A stretch of 32,863 nt of DNA from a virus (lineage: Duplodnaviria > Caudoviricetes): positions 1-32,863 of IMG/VR virus record IMGVR_UViG_3300017707_000495; one strand, written 5' to 3'. Below, in pieces: positions 28,801 to 32,863 of the stretch. Within the stretch, counting starts at the first letter, position 1. Each line of letters begins with the position of its first letter. The notes beneath the pieces were generated by a model. It saw only the letters and a list, made by a program, of their open reading frames with translations, searched no databases and had not been told where the DNA came from. The position numbers and the translations under genes are program-made.

Positions 28801-30505
28801 TGCTTCTGGAACTTGGGGAATAGATATTACTGGTAATGCAGCAACTGCTGGTAATTCAACTACAACATCACAAAGAAACTTTAGTGGAGATATATCTACT
28901 ACTGGTATGGGTCGTTTTACTGGATGGTACAATGGTAATGCTGCAACTGGATTAGCTGCTGAAATTGGTATATCAGCTGGTCAAGCATATATTATAGCTT
29001 ATAATAGAGGAACAAATAACTACGGTACTTTAAATTTTGAATCATCTGCTGCTAATTTACAAATTGTTGGCTCAGTAGTAAATGTAACATCTGGTTCTTT
29101 ACAACAAGGTGGAAACCAAGTTTTACACGCTGGGAATTATAACTCATACGCTGTATCTTCTCTTTATGGCTATGATGTGCCTATGGGCCAAACTGGCGAT
29201 TGGATTGGAATGAGTACAGCAAGTGGTATATCTGGATGGACACATGTTATCAATATGGCTTGGTCGCAAAATAGTCAAGCTGATTGGGTAAGTCAAATTG
29301 CATTTGCTACACAAACTGGTACTGGTGCTTATTATAGAACAACAAGTGGCCCTATTACAAGTGCTGCTTGGATAAGATTATTAGATGCAAGTAATGTTGG
29401 CTCTTATGCTTTGCCTATTGGTGGTGGAACTTTAACTGGGAACTTAACTATATCAAGAAGCGCTGCTGATGTATTTTTGAAATTTACTAATGGTACTAAT
29501 ACTTATGGGTGGAATTTGACAACAACTAATAAGTTTAGACTTTATGATTATGTTAATGAAACTATAATTGTTGATATTGACCCAGCAGCAGCAACAAGTT
29601 CTTTTTACTATGCTAATTTTGAAATAAATTCTTCAGCTACAACTGGAGGTTCATTAATATTTAAAGCTGGAACAGCAGCAAATACTTGGGCAATAAATAA
29701 AAATAATACAACTGGCTTATCTATTACAAAAAATAGTGTATCTCAATTAAGCATTAGTGCTACTGGCGAAACAACATTAGTTAGTAGTCTTTCAGTTACT
29801 GGTGGTTATATTTCAGTAGGGCAATATGGTTTATCTTCTTCTACTTATAGTGCATTTATTAGAAGAAATGATACTTCTTCTTATGGTGCTTGGGATGTAA
29901 CTGGAGTAAAAGGTGGTTATACTGGATTTGTATATAATACAACAAATCTACCTCATACTATGTTTGATTCATCGGGTAATGGGGGATTATATTATCAAAC
30001 TGGTAGTAGATGGATAATGTATTATAACTATGCAGATAACTGCATAGGTATAGGTGGAGTTACAACAAATCCATCTTTTAGAGTGCGTATTAATGGCCCT
30101 ACTCAATTTTCATTAGCAACAACATTTGCTAATAATATCATTGTTACCCAAACTATTACTAATAGTGTATTGGGTACTGGTATTGTTTATTCAAGCTCTG
30201 GGACTTTAACAAGTACAAACCCATCTGATATTAGATTAAAACAAGATATTAAACCTTTAGAATATGGCTTAAATGAAATAATGGCATTAAATCCAGTTAA
30301 GTTTAAGTGGAAAGATGGAAGTAACAATGGCGAAGAACAAGTAGGTTTAATTGCTCAAAATGTTCAAGAGGTAATGCCAGATTTAGTTAAAAATATATCA
30401 GAAGATAGTGAATTTTTAGGATTAGATTCTTACGCTATCAACATTGTATTAATTAACGCAATTAAAGAATTACAAGAAAGAATTAAAATATTAGAAAACA
30501 AATAA
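22856..30505 (+). CDS. long modular tail fibre with C-terminal intramolecular chaperone (Peptidase S74)
   Basis: 2549 aa, T/S/G/N-rich, with internal repeats; C-terminal SDIRLKQDI..LNPVKFKWK..GLIAQNVQEVMP..LINAIKELQERIKILE. Confidence 0.88.
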   Translation: MENIDVRITQYPRKVVVSDFDIFLIADVSDVDVVTGFPKYKKVLAKDLPSIVNTAENITYAELLAQSVLGELVVGEFYNITDSTSGVAPLLVQAISDSAIGYLAFDGDNPLVTINYDFITDTIRWSKDQTSEPVSLDSFSAVTPLSYDDTTGVFTISQSSAVNSGYLSATDWATFSAKQNALSGSGLVKSTSGTISYITDNSSNWNSAYNDTITSASVTGTTSKLLTLTQRDGGTITASWGDLNSVTSVFGRTGDVISAIGDYTTTQVTEGTNLYYTQDRFNTAFGNKTTSDLPEGTNLYYLDTRARASISNTVTGLTYTPLTGVLSTTAGYGIPTTATQANWDTAYTNRITSAASPLSITSNAISISQANVSTNGYLSATDWNTFNSKQDAGNYITALTGEATASGPNSASVTLSNSAVIGKVLTGLNVTGGSISASDSILNAFGKVQNQINGLIGGSIYQGVWNASTNNPALASGVGTQGYYYIVSVAGSTNLDGITDWNIGDWAIFDGTAWQQVDNTDAVVSVNGQVGIVNLTTTNIAEGTNLYYTDVRVSANSDVSANTAARHNAVTLGTANGLSLATQQLSLALSSASANGALSSTDWSTFSAKQNALSGTGIVKSVSGTISYLTDNSANWNTAYNDSIISAGVTGTTTKTLTLNQQDGGTITASWTDDNTDAVISVFGRTGAVIAASGDYTTTQVTEGTNLYYTEGRVDANSNVAANTAARHNAVTIGTANGLSLSTQQISLGLSSGTTTGALSSTDWTTFNSKQNALGFTPEPAITAGTTAQYWRGDKSFQTLDTSVVPENTNLYYTSARFDTAFGTKTTTNLTEGTNLYFTDSRARAAITLTTTGTSGPSTYIGGTLNIPDYSSALSGYLPLSGGTLTGDLFGTNATFTGVVSVKGAAPYYQWLNASNTRLAYIQHDGSDLVIATDTGDIVLNPNGKVGIKNSNPSQNLTVGDGTGTGNQYVRVNASASDIYIGQSGGTLFGQSANSAGFVLSDNTSFPFAVGTIAAQDFILGTNNTVRFTINGSTGAITATSSITASSFVKSGGTSSQALLADGSVGTFSASNWNTAYNDSIVSAAVTGTSTKLLTLNQQDGGTITASWSESSAPVVSVFGRTGAILAAEGDYSLTQLSDVTITTPSNGQVLKYNGTSWVNGTDTDTGLTSVGLSMPSAFTVSNSPLTANGTLAVTGAGVASQYVRGDGTLAAFPTSTGGGSSVSYYFNGGTSQGTIGGNTYYEMSKIAVIGTGADFNINANGYIAQFVTDANDPALLTIPAGNWNFEMWFSASSNGGSPSFYLELYKYDGATLTLISSGSAVPESITGGTAIDLYTTALAVPTTALTITDRLAVRVYVNHSGRTITLHTQNGHLCQAITTFSTGLTALNGLTNQVQYLAVGTSGTDFAVSSVTDTHTFNLPTASATNRGALNSADWSAFNGKQNALTLTTTGTSGAATLVGATLNIPNYGSALANYLPLSGGTLTGNLNGTSATFSGVITLPQNPVGTTYGNGVSASPLYMITQGAGDNDAIRFYAESGATNTVTMVFEVNDDIETAGSEWIFRNKQTYGVYAATTPFRISGAGAAYINGDTVLHAGNFGSYALPLAGGTMTGIITTVSSGTAINFSGQTDSFGYNVSSGLGTYIKGTGNTFIYGGGVFYDGTASRTLIHSGNIGSQSVSYATTAGALTSMNISQFTNDSGYITSSALSGYLPLTGGTLTGNLTGTTSLFSNSVATTSHGNSGKWVASQTANGNFIPYSFEAEYGNHSWGIIARFRINQANADRPSIQFSNATNDTRWNIGYCYSDDNFRVTQNMGYRNDNTTSDSWGTERLKIDTSGNTYAAIGGTLYANGNIVLDAANYTSYAATVGHTHDLGRYSLQAPAYIDGLTGANFRSTLFGHTNNNFNISTARWNTTPAILSGLGAYGTMIAWSGADTQGFIAMDYASGNAKIGGGNGNNINWTAILLHSSNYNSYAPTLTGTGASGTWGIDITGNAATAGNSTTTSQRNFSGDISTTGMGRFTGWYNGNAATGLAAEIGISAGQAYIIAYNRGTNNYGTLNFESSAANLQIVGSVVNVTSGSLQQGGNQVLHAGNYNSYAVSSLYGYDVPMGQTGDWIGMSTASGISGWTHVINMAWSQNSQADWVSQIAFATQTGTGAYYRTTSGPITSAAWIRLLDASNVGSYALPIGGGTLTGNLTISRSAADVFLKFTNGTNTYGWNLTTTNKFRLYDYVNETIIVDIDPAAATSSFYYANFEINSSATTGGSLIFKAGTAANTWAINKNNTTGLSITKNSVSQLSISATGETTLVSSLSVTGGYISVGQYGLSSSTYSAFIRRNDTSSYGAWDVTGVKGGYTGFVYNTTNLPHTMFDSSGNGGLYYQTGSRWIMYYNYADNCIGIGGVTTNPSFRVRINGPTQFSLATTFANNIIVTQTITNSVLGTGIVYSSSGTLTSTNPSDIRLKQDIKPLEYGLNEIMALNPVKFKWKDGSNNGEEQVGLIAQNVQEVMPDLVKNISEDSEFLGLDSYAINIVLINAIKELQERIKILENK
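23341..29440 (+). repeat. dispersed peptide-module repeats within the tail fibre
   Basis: Long NWNxAYND..LTQxDGGTITASW..VxSVFGRTG block x3 (about 23465, 24757, 26069); xExTNLYY/F x6; DWxxFxxKQxA x5; LPL/IxGGTL/MTG x5. Confidence 0.85.
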
Positions 30506-30516
30506 AAAAAAGAAAA

Positions 30517-30786
30517 ATGGAAACAACTTTAACAAATGGCTTAGTGCCAATCGAACCAGTAACTATCCCTACATCTGGAGTAGCTACACAACTTTATGTA
30601 CAAGCAAATAGCTTCGCAGCTTCTGCTACTAATTGTACTCTTTATTATTACTTAGCTGATGATAATAATATGCAAATGATTCAAGGTAATTTACAAATGA
30701 CAGATGAGCAGTTTGCTACTTGGGGTACTGATAATTCAGTATTATACACAATAGTTGCAGATGAAAAAGGATTAGTTTTGTTATAA
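30517..30786 (+). CDS. small protein following the tail fibre (possible fibre assembly factor)
   Basis: 89 aa, acidic; A-rich leader; directly after the fibre gene. Confidence 0.7.
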   Translation: METTLTNGLVPIEPVTIPTSGVATQLYVQANSFAASATNCTLYYYLADDNNMQMIQGNLQMTDEQFATWGTDNSVLYTIVADEKGLVLL

Positions 30787-30799
30787 TTAAATAAAGTAT

Positions 30800-30807
30800 T
30801 AACTTTG
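30800..30807 (+). promoter_or_regulatory. Bacteroidota-type -7 promoter element
   Basis: TAACTTTG, 4 nt before ATG 30812. Confidence 0.55.
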
Positions 30808-30811
30808 TGAT

Positions 30812-30985
30812 ATGAACAACGAACAAATTTACTCTATATTAGGACAAGGTCTTGATATGGCAAACAAAAAAGGAACTTTCAGTTTAGCTGATTCTAAAGC
30901 TATTGCAGATGCGTTAATCGAATTAGGCAAGGTTTTAGGTTTAAATCAAGAGCAACAAGCTCCAACAATGACACCAGTAGAATAA
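30812..30985 (+). CDS. hypothetical protein (57 aa; not in the ORF track)
   Basis: MNNEQIYSILGQGLDMANKKGTFSLADSKAIADALIELGKVLGLNQEQQAPTMTPVE; bounded by a promoter box and a terminator. Confidence 0.7.
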   Translation: MNNEQIYSILGQGLDMANKKGTFSLADSKAIADALIELGKVLGLNQEQQAPTMTPVE

Positions 30986-31012
30986 CTGGAATAGTATAAT
31001 ACTATATTAAAG

Positions 31013-31044
31013 AGTGTCTTGGCTAATCGCTAAGGCACTTTTTT
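31013..31044 (+). terminator. intrinsic terminator
   Basis: AGTGTCTTGGC-TAATC-GCTAAGGCACT (two G-U pairs) followed by a T run. Confidence 0.75.
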
Positions 31045-31046
31045 AT

Positions 31047-31054
31047 TATATTTG
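31047..31054 (+). promoter_or_regulatory. Bacteroidota-type -7 promoter for the lysis cassette
   Basis: TATATTTG directly after the terminator, 19 nt before the holin ATG. Confidence 0.65.
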
Positions 31055-31073
31055 TATAAAAAAACATTATGTA

Positions 31074-31448
31074 ATGAAGAACTTTGTCCTTAATAATTTA
31101 TCTGCTATATACATTTACATTATAGTGTATTTTAGTCCAGTATTCCCAGTCTTGTTTGGCCTTGGGTTTATAGTTTTAACTGACTTTGTAACTGGAATGT
31201 TAGCAGCTAAAAAAAGAGGAGAAGTAATTTCATCAAGAAAAATGCGACCTACTGTAACTAAAGGCATAGGCTATATGGCAGCTATTTTAGTGGCTCACAC
31301 ATTTGAGAAATCTTTTATGCCAGACTTAAACTGTTTAAAAATAGTAAGTGGTCTAATAGCCTTAATTGAGCTTAAATCGCTTGATGAAAACATAAAAGAC
31401 CTAACTGGCAAAAGCTTATTTAAACAATTCTTTAAAGAAGGCAAATGA
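31074..31448 (+). CDS. holin (phage holin family 4-like)
   Basis: Hydrophobic helices; DFVTGMLAAKKRGEVISSRKMRPTVTK and ELKSLDEN motifs; start moved to ATG 31074, downstream of the terminator and promoter. Confidence 0.8.
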   Translation: MKNFVLNNLSAIYIYIIVYFSPVFPVLFGLGFIVLTDFVTGMLAAKKRGEVISSRKMRPTVTKGIGYMAAILVAHTFEKSFMPDLNCLKIVSGLIALIELKSLDENIKDLTGKSLFKQFFKEGK

Positions 31449-31921
31449 AAATAAGTGATAACGGTCTAAAGCTTATTGAGTTTTTTGAGGGATTAAGACT
31501 TAAACCATACCTATGTAGTGCAAAAGTACCAACTATTGGTATCGGAACAACCATTTATCCTAATGGCAAAAAAGTTAGTATCAAAGATGCTCCTATCACA
31601 AAGGAACAAGCATACGAATACCTTAGACACGATATATCTAAGTTTGAGAAAGACCTAAATATCTTATTAGGCAAAACCATAGTCAATCAAAACCAATTTG
31701 ATGCTTTATTATCCTTTGGGTATAATGTTGGAATGGATATAGATTCTGACACTAAAGCAGAGGGCCTTGGAGATTCTACATTACTCAAAAAAGTAAAAAT
31801 AAATCCAAATGACCAAACCATTAAAGCAGAATTTTTAAAGTGGAATAAAGCTGGAGGAGTGGTTGTAAACGGATTAACAATTAGAAGAAATAAAGAGGCA
31901 GATTTGTATTTTAAGAAATAA
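31445..31921 (+). CDS. endolysin, GH24 lysozyme
   Basis: EGLRLKPYLCSAKVPTIGIG (E-x8-C-x5-T triad), NQNQFDALLSFGYNVG, GLTIRRNKEADLY. Confidence 0.92.
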   Translation: MKISDNGLKLIEFFEGLRLKPYLCSAKVPTIGIGTTIYPNGKKVSIKDAPITKEQAYEYLRHDISKFEKDLNILLGKTIVNQNQFDALLSFGYNVGMDIDSDTKAEGLGDSTLLKKVKINPNDQTIKAEFLKWNKAGGVVVNGLTIRRNKEADLYFKK

Positions 31922-31949
31922 TCTTTAACTTGCACAAAATTAAGGGATT

Positions 31950-32090
31950 ATGCGTTACAAATCTAACGACCTAATTGTATGGAATGGAATAATCACATAT
32001 TACTCCATTATTAAGCCCCTATTGAGTTCCAGCGATTCAATAGACTTTGCACAGCACGAAGATATTTTACTTTATAACTCATTTGTATGA
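31950..32090 (+). CDS. hypothetical protein (46 aa; not in the ORF track)
   Basis: MRYKSNDLIVWNGIITYYSIIKPLLSSSDSIDFAQHEDILLYNSFV; stop overlaps the next ATG (ATGA). Confidence 0.45.
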   Translation: MRYKSNDLIVWNGIITYYSIIKPLLSSSDSIDFAQHEDILLYNSFV

Positions 32091-32863
32091 ACGCAAACAG
32101 ACCAAGACCAAGACTTAGCCTTACTGAATTGAATGTTAGGCAACAAAAACAATTATGGGATAAAAAACTTTATTCTGTAATGATTTTCTCCGATGTACAC
32201 GGATGGTTAGCCGACCTAAGAACACTAAGATGTATCAACAGCATCCTAAAAGACAACAAATTTGATGAAGTATGTATCAATGGAGATATAGTAGATATGC
32301 CATTTTTGTCTAAACATACCCAAAAGTTGTATATGGATGGCATTTTAAACGGCTACACAGAGATTGGAGAGATAGACTACACGGTAGAACAAATCTTAAA
32401 ACCATTAAGATTAAGCACAGATGCAGATATTCGTATAAGAACTGGAAACCATGATGAAAGAATTACAAAACCTAACTTATTGGGAGATAAGCAGTTAAAA
32501 AACTTAGCTATTCTTTACAATAACTTCCAGACTACTAAGCTTGAGGAAATGCTTCAATTAGAGGCTTTAGGGATGATTTATGACCCTTCTGATGTATTTA
32601 CCTATTTTGATATATTTGATGTAACACACGGCCTTAAATTGGCTAAAAACGCAGCAGAACAGAACATAAAGGACTATATGTCATCTGGCTCTACTGGGCA
32701 TACCCATAGATTGAACTCTAAATACCTTACAAATAGGAAAGCTCCTTATGTTTGGTTAGAATCTGGATGTACCAGATTAATCAATCAAGTGGAATATTTG
32801 CCTACTGGAGTGGTAGCAGACTGGCAAAATGGCTTTGTAACGGTACATTTCTGGGTAGATGGC
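32087..32863 (+). CDS. calcineurin-like metallophosphoesterase (runs off the window end)
   Basis: Hand translation shows SDVHG, NGDIVD, GNHDER, THG and GHTHR in one open frame. Confidence 0.88.
   Translation, partial: MNANRPRPRLSLTELNVRQQKQLWDKKLYSVMIFSDVHGWLADLRTLRCINSILKDNKFDEVCINGDIVDMPFLSKHTQKLYMDGILNGYTEIGEIDYTVEQILKPLRLSTDADIRIRTGNHDERITKPNLLGDKQLKNLAILYNNFQTTKLEEMLQLEALGMIYDPSDVFTYFDIFDVTHGLKLAKNAAEQNIKDYMSSGSTGHTHRLNSKYLTNRKAPYVWLESGCTRLINQVEYLPTGVVADWQNGFVTVHFWVDG

Noticed and set aside
22856-30505. Diversity-generating retroelement acting on the fibre
   Set aside because: The repeats differ mostly at synonymous positions rather than specifically at adenines; there is no reverse transcriptase or non-coding template repeat in the window.
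303-31935. Most minus-strand and nested ORFs in the track (for example 303-485, 4015-4290, 8887-9351, 18596-19150, 31687-31935)
   Set aside because: They are antisense or out-of-frame shadows of well-supported plus-strand genes, with no motifs or promoter support.
1-32863. Stop-codon reassignment as in some crAss-like phages
   Set aside because: Long genes are intact and tightly packed under the standard code, with TAA and TGA acting as stops.
1-32863. Integrase, transposase, intron or intein
   Set aside because: No such motifs were seen; terL, portal and capsid are uninterrupted and of ordinary length.

Overview
AT-rich fragment of a tailed dsDNA phage (Caudoviricetes). The host is most likely in Bacteroidota, because TAnnTTTG -7 promoter boxes precede many genes and leaders are A/T-rich with no Shine-Dalgarno. 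The window holds a near-complete morphogenesis and lysis region in an unusual order: terS, a 630-bp repeat-rich spacer, terL, tail chaperone, tape measure, tail-tip and tail-tube genes, three glycosyltransferase-like genes plus an FkbM methyltransferase, portal, minor head protein, a divergent two-gene regulatory island, scaffold, major capsid, head-completion genes, a 2549-aa modular tail fibre with an S74 chaperone, holin, GH24 lysozyme and a truncated metallophosphoesterase. Main observations: (1) a recurring H-type RNA pseudoknot with an invariant P1 helix and a covarying P2 helix in the leaders of the tape measure, tail tube and major capsid genes; (2) a glycosylation/methylation cassette inside the virion operon; (3) Cys-rich virion proteins next to a CxxC membrane protein; (4) strong avoidance of several DNA motifs, which nearly removes Pro-Gly from the proteins; (5) a likely -1 frameshift before the tape measure gene; (6) a small RHH-like gene with back-to-back promoters and operator-like repeats. 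All calls come from reading motifs and gene order by eye; no database searches were run.
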